NCBI GenBank assembly: GCA_043747615.1
Contig: JAYTOU010000032.1
Location: 32,001-96,000, forward strand
Reading direction: 5' to 3'
Source of the DNA: Myxococcales bacterium
Lineage (GTDB): Bacteria; Myxococcota_A; Polyangia; Polyangiales; Polyangiaceae
Length of the DNA: 64,000 nt
Shown piece by piece: positions 9,731 through 19,887 of the stretch. The notes beneath the pieces were generated by a model that saw only the letters and a list, made by a program, of their open reading frames with translations, had not been told where the DNA came from and did no database searches. Every line of letters begins with the position of its first letter. The stretch's first letter is position 1. Position numbers and translations under genes: made by a program.

Positions 9731-11301
9731 GTCTTCTCGTTGTCCTTCGTGATGCGCTTCCGCGGATTTCGCTCGGTGCTCCGCCGCCAGAGGCCAATGC
9801 CGAGCCCGAAGAGAATGCTCGTGAGCGGCATGAAGACCAGCACGTAGCGACGAACCTCGTTGCGCGATTCTTCAGTGATGCGAATGCCCGCCGCGACGCT
9901 CGGCTTCGCAGGCACGTCGAGAATCGCGGGCTTCGACGCGAGCCACGAGATCGCGCTCTCCACGAGAAATGCCGCGCCGCGCGCCGGGGCCGGATCACGC
10001 CAATTTCGCTGGAGCATCGCGGTGCCCGCGCCGATCACCACCACGCGCGGACCGTGCGGCGCCGTCTTCGAGAGCTTCGGTCGCTCGCTGGCCATGGCGA
10101 GCACGAGCGGCCCTTTGAGATCGCGGTCCTGTTTTTCGGGAACTCCGCTCCAGTTGGCAGCGCCGGCAATGCTCGTCACGCCGAACGACTTGTCACTCGA
10201 CGCTAAGAGGTCGACCGCCGTGCTCGCGCCGTCCGGGACGACGTGGCGGAGCGAGCGCGTGAAATGCAAAACCACCCGCGGTGGATCGCGCGACTCATCG
10301 CTGGCCACCAAGCCGGCGGTCACCGGATGTACCTTGGGGAGGGCGATGAAGCGAATGCCGCGCTCTTCGGGGATCGTCAGTCGGGCGTCGAGCTCGAAGA
10401 CCAAGTCCTCGTTGAGGCCGATTCCGAACGGGCCGAGCGCATCTCCCAATCCCGAGGGAATCATGCCGCTTTCGCTCGCAGCGTTGATCGGGCCGACCGC
10501 CAAGAGAAGGCTCCCGCCCTCGAAGAGGTACGTTCGCAGCCTGGCCTCTTCCTCTTTCGCGAAGGGCGCGCGGGGAGCCGCGACGATGGCAACAGTGCAT
10601 CCTTTGAAAGGCTCGTGCGCGTTTGGCTCGGTGGTGTCGACGCTCACCGTTTCAAAGTTGTCCTTCTCGAGGACGTCCTTCAGATGTCCGAGCCCCTCGT
10701 CGCTTCCGTCGGCGATGGAGAGCTCGCCATGGCCAACGGTGAAGCAGGCGCGCACTTTTTCGCCGCCGATCACGTTGCGAATGGCGCCGGTGATAGCCTG
10801 CTCCTCGCGCGGTTTTGCGCGGGAGTCCGAGGCACCGATCTCGAACATGTCACCGGGTGCGAGAAACCAGTGCTTGTCTCCGCGCGCGACCACCATGACC
10901 GCGTCCGTGACGACCCGTCCGTCGGCCGTGCGGCCGGTATCGATCCGGAAACGCTTTCGTACGTCCTCGAGGGCCAGCGAGTCTTTGTCGGGGTCGATGT
11001 AATGCACATCGAGCTTCGTCGTCTCACCCTGGTAGCTCACGAGAAGCTGTTTGATGCTCTGTTCCAGGGGATCGCCGCCGCCAAGCATCACCCACATTTC
11101 CACGTGGTCCGACAGATCGTGGAGCGTGGTCAGGGTGGCCGGCGTGAGCGTATAGAGCTTTCCGGAGGTCCAGTCCCAGCGGCGGTAGTGACGTGCCGCA
11201 AGGACGTTGACGACCACCGTCACCACCATGGCCGCGACCACGCCCGCAAGGGTTAGGCTGCGCGCCGCGTCGAGCCCGAAGACCCCTTTTTTGGTGCTCA
11301 C
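9727..11301 (-). CDS. GldG-like ABC-transporter auxiliary protein
   Basis: 'RWDWTSGKLYTL', 'YIDPD', 'FTVGHGE', 'GGSLLL', C-terminal TM then 'WRR'. GTG start at 11301 chosen to avoid overlap with the upstream gene. Confidence 0.88.
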   Translation of the reverse strand: MSTKKGVFGLDAARSLTLAGVVAAMVVTVVVNVLAARHYRRWDWTSGKLYTLTPATLTTLHDLSDHVEMWVMLGGGDPLEQSIKQLLVSYQGETTKLDVHYIDPDKDSLALEDVRKRFRIDTGRTADGRVVTDAVMVVARGDKHWFLAPGDMFEIGASDSRAKPREEQAITGAIRNVIGGEKVRACFTVGHGELSIADGSDEGLGHLKDVLEKDNFETVSVDTTEPNAHEPFKGCTVAIVAAPRAPFAKEEEARLRTYLFEGGSLLLAVGPINAASESGMIPSGLGDALGPFGIGLNEDLVFELDARLTIPEERGIRFIALPKVHPVTAGLVASDESRDPPRVVLHFTRSLRHVVPDGASTAVDLLASSDKSFGVTSIAGAANWSGVPEKQDRDLKGPLVLAMASERPKLSKTAPHGPRVVVIGAGTAMLQRNWRDPAPARGAAFLVESAISWLASKPAILDVPAKPSVAAGIRITEESRNEVRRYVLVFMPLTSILFGLGIGLWRRSTERNPRKRITKDNEKT

Positions 11302-11306
11302 GTGCG

Positions 11307-12056
11307 CTACCCCCACCGCCACGCGTCGACGGCGCGGGTCGTGATGAAGAGAGGCAGAAGGATGAGCGACGCATCGAAGACCAAGCGGCGCGAGTCAATG
11401 ACGCCACTGGCAAAATCGTTCATCTGCGCCCACACCGAGACGTGCGCGCACACGTCGTGAATGGCGGTGCCTTCCCGGGTGATGAACTCGCCAACGCCGA
11501 GAATGAAGAGGGCGAGGATGACCAGACCGGTCGTGATCAGCGCCAAGAACTGGCTCTTCGTGAGCGCGCTCATCATGAGGCCGAGCGAGAGGTAGCCCGA
11601 ACCGACCAAGAGGACTCCGAGGTAGCTCGAACCGGCCACCTGCCAATCGATCGCCCCGGTGCGCTTGAGAATCACCAAGTAGAGGAGCGTCGGCAGCCAC
11701 ATGACGATGTACGTCGTGACCACTGCCGCATACTTCGCGAGCACCACGGCGACGCTGGATACGGGCGCCGTCATGAGCCCTTCGATCGTTCCGCTCCGCC
11801 GCTCTTCGGCGAAGAGCCGCATGGTCATCGCGGGGATCAGCAAGAACAGGATCAAGTAGAGGAGAACGGTGTTTCCGAAGAAGGCCTGGAGGGGCGTCTG
11901 GTCGCCGGAGATTTCCGTCTGGCTCGCGAAGTGATCGACGAGGAGAAAGAAGTGCATTCCTTGCACGAAGAGAAAAACCGAGATGAGCACCCAGGCGAGC
12001 GGGGTGATGAAGAACGCGAAGAGCTCGCGCTTGTAGATGGGCCAGAAGCTCCTCAC
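11307..12056 (-). CDS. GldF-like ABC-2 permease
   Basis: 'IYKREL.AFF.TPLAW', 'TMRLFAEERRSGTIE.LMTAP', six TM segments. Confidence 0.92.
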   Translation of the reverse strand: MRSFWPIYKRELFAFFITPLAWVLISVFLFVQGMHFFLLVDHFASQTEISGDQTPLQAFFGNTVLLYLILFLLIPAMTMRLFAEERRSGTIEGLMTAPVSSVAVVLAKYAAVVTTYIVMWLPTLLYLVILKRTGAIDWQVAGSSYLGVLLVGSGYLSLGLMMSALTKSQFLALITTGLVILALFILGVGEFITREGTAIHDVCAHVSVWAQMNDFASGVIDSRRLVFDASLILLPLFITTRAVDAWRWG

Positions 12057-13036
12057 GCCGAGAGCTCCTCTTCTTCTTCAGGGTCGCTGACCGCCGAATC
12101 GCGGGTGAGCTCGGCGAACACTTCTTCGAGTGACCCACCGACGGCGTGCACCTCGCGAACGTGGATGCCTGCGCCGACGAGGGCGTGCACCGTTGCTTCG
12201 GTCGCTGTCGCGATGTCCGACTCGGGCAACTTTTTCGCCCACGTGCAGAGGAGCGTTTTCGCCTCTTTCCCAGCTCCTTCGCGAACTTTGGCGATCCCAT
12301 CGATGGCCTTCAACGTGCGCACCGCGAGCGCGATGTCGCCGCGGACCACCACCTCCAGCGCCGCGTTTCGCCGCATCTTCTGGATGTCCGCCGTCGGCCC
12401 TTCTGCCACGAGCTTTCCCTTCGCGATGAGGATCAATCGTCCGCAGCTCGCTTCGACCTCGCTGAGAATGTGCGTCGAGAGAAGGACGGTGTGCTCCGAG
12501 CCCAGCGCCTTAATGACCCCACGCACTTCGCGAATCTGGTTGGGATCGAGGCCCGCCGTCGGCTCGTCGAGGATGAGGATCGGAGGCTTGGCCACGAGGG
12601 CGTCGGCGAGCCCTACGCGCTGTCGGTATCCCTTCGACAGATTGCCGATGAGCGTCGTGGCGACATCGAAGACGTTCGCCTTCTCCATGGCTTCGTCGAC
12701 CTGTGCGCGCCGCTTCGCTCGGGCAACGCGCTTCAATTCAGCGCGAAACGTGAGGTATTCGGCGACGCGCATCTCTCCGTAAAGCGGAACGGCCTCGGGC
12801 ATGTAACCGATGCAGCTCCGCGCCTCGAAGGAGTCATCTTCCACGTCGTAGCCCGCGATCTTTACCTCACCGCTGGTCATCCCGAGGAAGCCGGCGAGGA
12901 TCCGGAGCGTGGTGCTCTTGCCCGCGCCGTTTGGTCCGAGAAATCCCACGACCTCTCCCTTGCCGACCTCGAACGACACGTCATCGACCGCGAGGCGCGA
13001 ACCGTAGCGTTTGACGAGCTTGGAGACGGAGATCAT
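12053..13036 (-). CDS. GldA-like ABC transporter ATP-binding protein
   Basis: Walker A GPNGAGKS, signature 'LSKGYRQRVGLA', Walker B 'ILILDEPT'. Real start is MISV at 13036; the ORF-track extension overlaps an opposite-strand gene. Confidence 0.95.
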   Translation of the reverse strand: MISVSKLVKRYGSRLAVDDVSFEVGKGEVVGFLGPNGAGKSTTLRILAGFLGMTSGEVKIAGYDVEDDSFEARSCIGYMPEAVPLYGEMRVAEYLTFRAELKRVARAKRRAQVDEAMEKANVFDVATTLIGNLSKGYRQRVGLADALVAKPPILILDEPTAGLDPNQIREVRGVIKALGSEHTVLLSTHILSEVEASCGRLILIAKGKLVAEGPTADIQKMRRNAALEVVVRGDIALAVRTLKAIDGIAKVREGAGKEAKTLLCTWAKKLPESDIATATEATVHALVGAGIHVREVHAVGGSLEEVFAELTRDSAVSDPEEEEELSA

Positions 13037-13099
13037 CGATTCGACCGCATCGCGAGATAGCACGAGGTCGCGGCCGCGTGGTAATCGCTCGCATCGAAG

Positions 13100-14107
13100 A
13101 TGTCTCGCCTGGAATTTTCGGCGTTCGCGCTGGCCATCGGGGCTTGGGTCCTGCTCGCTTCCTGCCGCGGGGTGACAGCCGGCCCCGGAGCCATGGGAAG
13201 CTCGTCGGCAAGCGCGATCCTTTCGCAACCAGACGCAGCCCCCGAGGTGAGCGAACCGATCACCCCCCCGCAGGTGGTGCCGCCGGAACAGCCCCTCGCG
13301 GACGCAGGGCTCAACGCGGAGAGCGGGAACGCAGACATGCTTCGTGTCCCGGGTGGCACCTTCACGATGGGCGCCGATCGCGGAGGCGAAGAAGACGAGC
13401 ACCCCGCGCACAGCGTCGCTGTGGCTGGTTTTTGGCTCGATCGTACCGAGGTCACCAACGCTGCCTACGTCGCGTGTGTGGCGACGAAGACGTGTCGAGC
13501 CCCTGAAGGCAACGTGGCCGCGGTGATGCACGCCGGACCGGATTCCGGATTTCATCGCTCGCTCCAACCCGTGGTCGGCGTTGGCTGGGAGGATGCGCGT
13601 GCATACTGCACATGGATCGGCAAACGACTTCCACGCGAAGCGGAGTTCGAGCGGGCGGTGCGCGGCGATGACGGCAGACGCTTTCCCTGGGGCAACGATC
13701 CACCGACCCGCGAGCGGACGTGCTTCGGGCGGCTCCTCGTATCGGGCAGCACGACCGACGACGTGGGAGCACACCCCGCGGGCAAAGGTCCCTACGGTCA
13801 CGACGATTTGGCGGGGAACGTCTGGGAGTGGCTCGAGGACGAATACGATCCGATCGCGTACACGCGGAGCACCGCCGCCGAAGGAAAGCCTGGGAGCTGC
13901 CAGGAGATCTTGGCTGCCTGCGCAAAGCTTCGCGCGGACGGAAAGCAGGGATTTACCGGGTCGAATCCGATCCCCACTACCTGCGAGCACGTGCTGCGCG
14001 GCGGGGCTTTCAACTACGACGGCCCGAGTCTACGCAGCACGAACCGCGTGCATCACCCCGGCAACTATCGCTTGGTGATGACCGGCTTTCGCTGCGCCAA
14101 AGACTGA
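13100..14107 (+). CDS. Formylglycine-generating-enzyme (SUMF1/FGE-sulfatase) domain lipoprotein
   Basis: Lipobox LASC, 'VPGGTFTMG', 'TEVTN', 'RLPREAEFE', 'DLAGNVWEW', 'VLRGG', 'GFRCA'. Confidence 0.92.
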   Translation: MSRLEFSAFALAIGAWVLLASCRGVTAGPGAMGSSSASAILSQPDAAPEVSEPITPPQVVPPEQPLADAGLNAESGNADMLRVPGGTFTMGADRGGEEDEHPAHSVAVAGFWLDRTEVTNAAYVACVATKTCRAPEGNVAAVMHAGPDSGFHRSLQPVVGVGWEDARAYCTWIGKRLPREAEFERAVRGDDGRRFPWGNDPPTRERTCFGRLLVSGSTTDDVGAHPAGKGPYGHDDLAGNVWEWLEDEYDPIAYTRSTAAEGKPGSCQEILAACAKLRADGKQGFTGSNPIPTTCEHVLRGGAFNYDGPSLRSTNRVHHPGNYRLVMTGFRCAKD

Positions 14108-14122
14108 GCGGCGAAGCGTGAC

Positions 14123-14590
14123 TTAGCTGCGGACGCGCCAGTTGCCGACGATCGTCTTTCCGACGTCGTCGCAGGTGGGATCGGTGATGACGAGCTCTGG
14201 TCTGCCCGCGTGGCTCACGAGTATCGAGTTCTGACGAAACACGCGACCGAAGGCGATGGCCTCTTCGCGATCCATTCCGTGCACCAGCCACGACGGCTCA
14301 CGCCAGGTCGCCTCGGGCTCCTCTTCGTAGCCAACGCACGCGTCCACGCGGTAGCAGCCGAGGATCAGTAGATCCCTCAGCACGACATGCCGCGCGTCGT
14401 TCACCTTGCGGGGCAGCAACATCGACCGCGGGTTGTACGCGGTGAGCACGGTGAAGGGGCGGGTCAGGAGCTCGGGAAGCGTCGAAGGATCCGTGATGAT
14501 GTCGCCGTCGAGGGAAACCCGGAGCGGTCCGCTACCGGTCGGAAGATCGTAAACGGTCGCCAGGTATTGCCGGAGCAGCGTCTGATCCAT
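14123..14590 (-). CDS. DUF3293 family protein
   Basis: 'LTAYNPRS', 'WREPS', 'FGR.FRQN'. Start MDQT at 14590. Confidence 0.8.
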   Translation of the reverse strand: MDQTLLRQYLATVYDLPTGSGPLRVSLDGDIITDPSTLPELLTRPFTVLTAYNPRSMLLPRKVNDARHVVLRDLLILGCYRVDACVGYEEEPEATWREPSWLVHGMDREEAIAFGRVFRQNSILVSHAGRPELVITDPTCDDVGKTIVGNWRVRS

Positions 14591-14665
14591 CGTGATGCCC
14601 GAATAGCACAGAATCCGCTCAGCCGTCGTGCAGGTAGCACGACGACACGAGCTCATGAGAATCGC

Positions 14666-15412
14666 TCAGCCGTCGAAGCGGTAGCCCACGCCGCGCACCG
14701 TCTGAAAGTGCTTTGGCGCCTGGGGATCGGGCTCGAGCTTCGCCCGCAACTGCTGCATGAAGTTGTCGATCGTGCGCGGCGTCCCGTGATGATTCGGACC
14801 CCAAACGGTGTTGAAGATCACCTCGCGACTGAGCACACGCCCCTTCGCACGCACGAGGCACATGAGGACGTCGAACTCGGTGGCGGTCATCTCCACGAGC
14901 TCCCCCGCGCGCCGGACGTTGCGCCCGTCGACGTCGATGACCACGTCGCCGAAGATGAAGGTCGACGCCGGCACCTGGCTCGGCCCGCGTCTCAGGGCCG
15001 CGCGCACCCGGGCGAGGAGCTCGGCAAGACTGAATGGCTTGGCCACGTAGTCTTCCGCTCCGAGCTCGAGCCCGGTGACCTTGTCCATCTCTGCGGTGCG
15101 AGCGCTCAGAATGATGACCGGCATGCGCCGACCCTCGCGACGGATCGTGTTGAGCACTTCGAAGCCGTTCATACGCGGGAGCATGAGATCGAGGATCACG
15201 AGATCCGGAGCCTCACCGCGAACGAGATCGAGCCCCTGCTCGCCGTCCTCCGCGACGCTCACCAGGTAGCCTTCGGCCTCGAGATTGATGCGCAGGCCGA
15301 GCGCGATACTAGCGTCGTCTTCCACCACGAGGACGCGCCGCGCCGGAGCGTCGCCCTGGTTCTGCGCCCGACGCGTGGCGATGACCCCTCGACTGCCGCT
15401 ATTGCTCGTCAT
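14666..15412 (-). CDS. OmpR/PhoB-family response regulator
   Basis: 'VLVVEDD', 'LDLMLP', 'GAEDYVAKPF', winged helix 'LRAKLE...TVRGVGYRF'. Confidence 0.95.
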   Translation of the reverse strand: MTSNSGSRGVIATRRAQNQGDAPARRVLVVEDDASIALGLRINLEAEGYLVSVAEDGEQGLDLVRGEAPDLVILDLMLPRMNGFEVLNTIRREGRRMPVIILSARTAEMDKVTGLELGAEDYVAKPFSLAELLARVRAALRRGPSQVPASTFIFGDVVIDVDGRNVRRAGELVEMTATEFDVLMCLVRAKGRVLSREVIFNTVWGPNHHGTPRTIDNFMQQLRAKLEPDPQAPKHFQTVRGVGYRFDG

Positions 15413-16368
15413 CCGCGCGCTTCCGCGGGTTCCTTGGCGCGCTCGACGACGACCTCCGGCAAAATAATGCTGAACGTGCTGCCGTGGCCAACGTTGCTCT
15501 CGAGCAAGATCCGGCCTCCGTGCGCACGCACGATGTGCTTCACGATTGCCAAGCCAAGACCGCTCCCTTCACGCTCACGGGAGAGACGGTCGTCGATCCG
15601 GTAGAACTTGTCGAAAATTCGGCCTTGTTCGGTGTGGATGATGCCCCCACCGTTGTCTGCCACCTCGATGTGCACCTCGCCTCTGTCGACCCGATGAAAG
15701 GCCCGAAGGCGGACGTGCAGCGGGTCTCCCCCGTATTTCTTGGCGTTCGAGAGAAGATTCACTATGGCATCGACGAGCGCGTGACGGTCGACATGGACTC
15801 GTGGAAGGTTGGGCGCCACCTCGGAGGTGAAATCGATGTCACCGTAGCGCAGTGGGGGAAAGGCCTCGATCGCCTCGCTAACGATGCCCGCCACCTCCTC
15901 GTCGCGCAGATCGTAGAGCTTGCGCCCCGCCTCCATGCGACCCCAGTCGAGGAGCCGCTCGATGCGGTTGGTGAGACGCTCGCTCTCCTTGATGAGTAGA
16001 CCGAGGCACTTGTCGACGGTCGCCGGATCCTCTTTCGACCGCTCCATCGTCTCCGCGAAGAGGCGAATGGCGGTGAGGGGCGTCCGGAGCTCGTGGCTGA
16101 CCTTGGAGACGAAGTCGGCCTGGAGCTCGCTCAGGTTCGCTTCGCGTCTCACGAAGACGAGGACGAGGACGACGCCGGTGGCAACGACGGACACGATCGT
16201 GACCGTCAAGATGCCTAGAATGAGGCTGATTCGCGCTTCACCGACCGCCATGAGCACGATGCCCAAAAAGAGCATGAGCACCGTCGGAACGATGATCGTG
16301 TAGATGAGCAGCTGGACGATTCGGCGGTAGCCGAGGCGCTGAAAGTTCTTGGTGGGGCGGTAAGCCAC
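15409..16368 (-). CDS. Membrane sensor histidine kinase (HisKA-HATPase)
   Basis: Two TM helices, H-box 'VSHELRTPL', N-box 'NLLSNAKKY', 'DNGGGI', 'GSGLGLAIV'. Overlaps its cognate regulator. Confidence 0.95.
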   Translation of the reverse strand: MAYRPTKNFQRLGYRRIVQLLIYTIIVPTVLMLFLGIVLMAVGEARISLILGILTVTIVSVVATGVVLVLVFVRREANLSELQADFVSKVSHELRTPLTAIRLFAETMERSKEDPATVDKCLGLLIKESERLTNRIERLLDWGRMEAGRKLYDLRDEEVAGIVSEAIEAFPPLRYGDIDFTSEVAPNLPRVHVDRHALVDAIVNLLSNAKKYGGDPLHVRLRAFHRVDRGEVHIEVADNGGGIIHTEQGRIFDKFYRIDDRLSREREGSGLGLAIVKHIVRAHGGRILLESNVGHGSTFSIILPEVVVERAKEPAEARG

Positions 16369-16399
16369 GACGTCACGATGCCATGTCAGGCGAGCGCGG

Positions 16400-17722
16400 T
16401 CACGAGTCGACCTTCGGCTCGACGGACACCACGTCCGCTACGATGAGCGCCGAGCGCACGCGGATCGAGACCCGATCGCCGACGGTGACAGCCGCTCCGT
16501 CGACGATGGCGCGTCCGCTCGCCGTAGCAATCGCGTACCCGCGGGCGAGCACCTTGAGCGGACTCATGGCGTCGAGACGGCCAGCGAGCCCTTCGAGCGT
16601 TGCGCCGTGACGGGCCAAGATCATTCGCTCCGCGCTCCCCAAGCGCTGGGTGACGCGATCGAGAGAGAACCGATGACGCTCGAACGTGCGCGCGCTTGCC
16701 TCGAGACGCGTCACGCGATCGTCGAGGGTCTGCTGGAAGGAGGCGATCGCCAGGCGAGGATCTCCCATCCGCCGGAGCAACGTACCCAGTCGAGCGCGAT
16801 CGTCGGCGACACGCGCCCGCATACCCCGACGCAGACGAACCCGCATTTGCGCGAGGTGAGCGGCTTCTGCGCCGTGATCGGCGACCACCATCTCCGCTGC
16901 TTGCGAAGGGGTTGCGGCGCGCGCATCCGCCGCAAAATCGGTCAAGGTGACGTCGACCTCGTGGCCGACCGCGCTCACCACCGGGACGCGACAGGCCGCA
17001 ATCGCACGAACCACGGACTCCTCGTTGAAGGAGCCTAGGTCGTCGCTCGAACCGCCGCCGCGCCCGACGATGATCACGTCCACCGCGGCGACCCGCTGGA
17101 GCATGCGGAGCGCGCGCAGGATCGATTCCGCGGCGCCCGCGCCTTGCACTTGCGCGTCTGCCAAAAGGACGTGCGCCCCGCCCCGCCGGAAGGCGACTTT
17201 GACGATGTCGTGGATCACAGCGCCGCCTGCGCTGGTCACCACGCCGATGATGCGCGGCTCACGGGGGAGCGCTCGCTTTCGTTCAAGAGAGAAGAGGCCC
17301 TCGGCGGCGAGCTTCGCTTTCAGCTTCTCCAGAGCCTCGAGGAGCGCGCCCTTGCCGACCGGCTCCACGCGATCGGCGATGAACTGCAGCCGACCGCGCG
17401 GCGACCAGAACGTGGGCTTTCCGCGAAGACGAATGCGCGAGCCATCGACGATGAGCTTGCGTGCCCGGGCCGTGATGTTCGTCTTGTACATGGCGACGTC
17501 CACCGCGGCGTCCTCGGTCTCGTCTTTGAGTGTAAAGTACAAGTGTCCGCTCGAGGCAGGGCGCGCGCCGACCACTTCACCCTCTACCCACGCGGGAAGC
17601 TCGAAGCCCTCCTCGACGGCGCGTCGGATCATCCGATTGAGCTCACCGACGCTGAGCGCACGGGGCTCCTCCGGCGGGGGCGGCGGCGGAAACTTTGCCG
17701 AAAAATCAAAGGGAAGAGTCAA
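16400..17722 (-). CDS. xseA: Exodeoxyribonuclease VII large subunit
   Basis: 'WVEGEV', 'SGHLYFTLKD', 'IIVGRGGGS', 'VVSAVGHEVD', 'AATPSQAAE', 'SPLKVLARGYA'. Confidence 0.96.
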   Translation of the reverse strand: MTLPFDFSAKFPPPPPPEEPRALSVGELNRMIRRAVEEGFELPAWVEGEVVGARPASSGHLYFTLKDETEDAAVDVAMYKTNITARARKLIVDGSRIRLRGKPTFWSPRGRLQFIADRVEPVGKGALLEALEKLKAKLAAEGLFSLERKRALPREPRIIGVVTSAGGAVIHDIVKVAFRRGGAHVLLADAQVQGAGAAESILRALRMLQRVAAVDVIIVGRGGGSSDDLGSFNEESVVRAIAACRVPVVSAVGHEVDVTLTDFAADARAATPSQAAEMVVADHGAEAAHLAQMRVRLRRGMRARVADDRARLGTLLRRMGDPRLAIASFQQTLDDRVTRLEASARTFERHRFSLDRVTQRLGSAERMILARHGATLEGLAGRLDAMSPLKVLARGYAIATASGRAIVDGAAVTVGDRVSIRVRSALIVADVVSVEPKVDS

Positions 17723-17770
17723 CGCTCGGCGAGCTTAGTCGAAGTGCTTTTGCCTGCGTCAATCTATAGG

Positions 17771-17794
17771 TCGCGTGATGGAAGTATCACGCGA
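17771..17794. promoter_or_regulatory. Perfect 9-bp inverted repeat in the divergent xseA/carboxylase promoter region; candidate operator
   Basis: TCGCGTGAT-ggaagt-ATCACGCGA. Confidence 0.4.
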
Positions 17795-17827
17795 TACAGC
17801 GTCCCGAAGGTCGGCTAGTCTCGCCCC

Positions 17828-19339
17828 ATGCCGAAGCCTTTTCGCAAGGTGCTCGTCGCGAACCGCGGCGAGATCGCCGTTCGCGTAATCCGAACACTCC
17901 ATGAGATGCAGATCGCTGCGGTCGCGGTCTACTCGGAGGTCGATCGTGCGGCGCTCCACGTGCGCATGTCGGACGAGGCCCACCTCATTGGCCCTGCTCC
18001 GGCCGCCGAGAGCTACCTCCTCGTCGACCGGATCGTCGACACCGCAAAAAAGGCAGGCTGCGACGCGATCCACCCCGGCTACGGCTTCCTCAGTGAGAAT
18101 CCCCTCCTCCCCGAGGCGTGCGAGCGCGCCGGCGTCACCTTCATCGGTCCTCCCGCGAGCTGCATGCGCCAGATGGGGTCGAAGACGGCAGCGCGTAAGC
18201 GAATGTCCGAGGCTGGCGTGCCCATCGTCCCCGGTGCCTCATGCGACAACACCGACGAAGCGATCGCCGCCGCGACCAAGGTGGGCTTCCCGGTGATGCT
18301 GAAGGCCTCGAGCGGAGGCGGAGGAAAAGGCATGCGCCTCGTGGAGCAGGCCTCCGAGATGGCCAGCGCCTGGGAGCGCGCCCGGAGCGAGGCCAAGAAA
18401 TTCTTCGGCGACGACACGGTGTACATTGAAAAGGCTCTTTTACGGCCTCGCCACGTGGAAATTCAGGTGCTCGGGGATCGCGAGGGAAACCTCGTTCACG
18501 TCTTCGAACGCGACTGTTCCATACAGCGCCGAAACCAGAAAGTGGTCGAAGAGACTCCGTCGCCCGCGGCCAGCCGGGAGCTCGTCGCGAAAATGGGCGC
18601 CATTGCCGTTCAAGGCGCGAAGGCCGTCGGATATTTTTCGGCGGGCACGTTCGAGTTCCTCCTGGCCGACGACGGCAGCTTCTATTTCCTCGAGATGAAC
18701 ACGCGTCTGCAGGTCGAGCATCCGATCACCGAGCTCGTGAGCGGTCTCGACCTCGTGCGTGAGATGGTCCTCATTGCGCAAGGGGAGAAGCTGACTTTTG
18801 CGCAGGAAGATCTCATGTCCCGCGGCGCGGCGATCGAGTGCCGAATCTACGCCGAGGATCCGGCAAGCGGGTTTCTCCCTTCACCCGGCACGATCGAAAA
18901 CCTGGTGACTCCCTCGGGCCCTGGCGTGCGGGACGACGGCGGCGCGTATCCGGGCTGCGTCATCTCGAGCTTCTATGATCCGCTGATCTCGAAGCTGAGC
19001 GTATGGGCACCAAATCGCGAACGCGCCGTGGCCCGGATGCGTCGCGCGCTTGCCGAGTACGTAGTCACCGGCATTCGTACGAACCTCAGCTTCCACGAGA
19101 AGCTCTTCGCTCACCCCGAGTTCGCCGCGGGGCGCTACGACACGGGATTTCTCGAGCGAAACAAAGACGAGCTGCTCGGCTATGCCGCCGTCCCCGCGAA
19201 GGATCGCGAGAAAATCGCAGTCGCCGTGGCCATCGCCGCAAGCCGCCTCGAACGCGACACCGGCAGTAGCGAAGCGAACGTAGGTGAGCGCGGCTCACGC
19301 CTCGCGCCGTGGGTCGCTCACCACCGCGCGCGACGCTGA
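17828..19339 (+). CDS. accC: Acetyl/propionyl-CoA carboxylase, biotin carboxylase subunit
   Basis: 'KVLVANRGEIA', 'IHPGYGFLSEN', 'GGGGKGMR', 'ERDCSIQRRNQK', 'FLEMNTRLQVEHP'. Confidence 0.93.
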   Translation: MPKPFRKVLVANRGEIAVRVIRTLHEMQIAAVAVYSEVDRAALHVRMSDEAHLIGPAPAAESYLLVDRIVDTAKKAGCDAIHPGYGFLSENPLLPEACERAGVTFIGPPASCMRQMGSKTAARKRMSEAGVPIVPGASCDNTDEAIAAATKVGFPVMLKASSGGGGKGMRLVEQASEMASAWERARSEAKKFFGDDTVYIEKALLRPRHVEIQVLGDREGNLVHVFERDCSIQRRNQKVVEETPSPAASRELVAKMGAIAVQGAKAVGYFSAGTFEFLLADDGSFYFLEMNTRLQVEHPITELVSGLDLVREMVLIAQGEKLTFAQEDLMSRGAAIECRIYAEDPASGFLPSPGTIENLVTPSGPGVRDDGGAYPGCVISSFYDPLISKLSVWAPNRERAVARMRRALAEYVVTGIRTNLSFHEKLFAHPEFAAGRYDTGFLERNKDELLGYAAVPAKDREKIAVAVAIAASRLERDTGSSEANVGERGSRLAPWVAHHRARR

Positions 19340-19343
19340 GCTT

Positions 19344-19841
19344 TCAGCCGGCGTCGCCGGCGTCGCTGGGGATCGTGCCCTGACCGCAGGCGGGGCGACA
19401 GCTTCCGATGAGGCAGAGAGCAAGGTCCTGGCCGAGGCTGGTGCCGGTCAGGGCGGCACCGCACGTCGTTACGGGCATCGTTTGCACGCAGCCGGCGAAG
19501 CCGACAACGGCGTCCTTGCAGGCGCAGTCGGCGTTGCAGGCGCTTATCTGGCTGGGGCACGACGAGCGGGCGCACTGGAGACAGGTGCCGACCGATGCGC
19601 CACCATCGCCGATGGCGGCATCACCGGGATTGATCGTGTTGAGGTCTGCGTCGACGCACGCGATGGCCGTGTCTTCTATGGCGTCGAGGCCAGTGTCCTG
19701 AACGGTAACCGCCTTGTCGGAGACGACGTCGCTGCCGGCGTCCGTCGATCCGCTGTCCGTGGTGCCGCCGCAGCCCGCTGCAACAAGACCGAATGTCGAA
19801 GCCGTGACCGCGAAGCCTGCAAGCAAGTGTCGTACGCGCAT
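19344..19841 (-). CDS. Cysteine-rich lipoprotein, unknown function
   Basis: Lipobox AAGC, DAG/DTG linker, 12 further Cys. Start ATG 19841. Confidence 0.75.
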   Translation of the reverse strand: MRVRHLLAGFAVTASTFGLVAAGCGGTTDSGSTDAGSDVVSDKAVTVQDTGLDAIEDTAIACVDADLNTINPGDAAIGDGGASVGTCLQCARSSCPSQISACNADCACKDAVVGFAGCVQTMPVTTCGAALTGTSLGQDLALCLIGSCRPACGQGTIPSDAGDAG

Positions 19842-19887
19842 GGGCGACACACTACGCGCAGACCCTGTAGTGCGCTAGGCTTCGCAT

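Noticed and set aside
13037..13990. N-terminal extension making the ABC ATPase 645 aa
   Set aside because: Overlaps the FGE-domain gene on the other strand. The ATPase domain begins at ATG 13036.
16400..19339. xseA without xseB and biotin carboxylase without a biotin-carrier gene
   Set aside because: Partners are commonly encoded elsewhere; not informative from one window.
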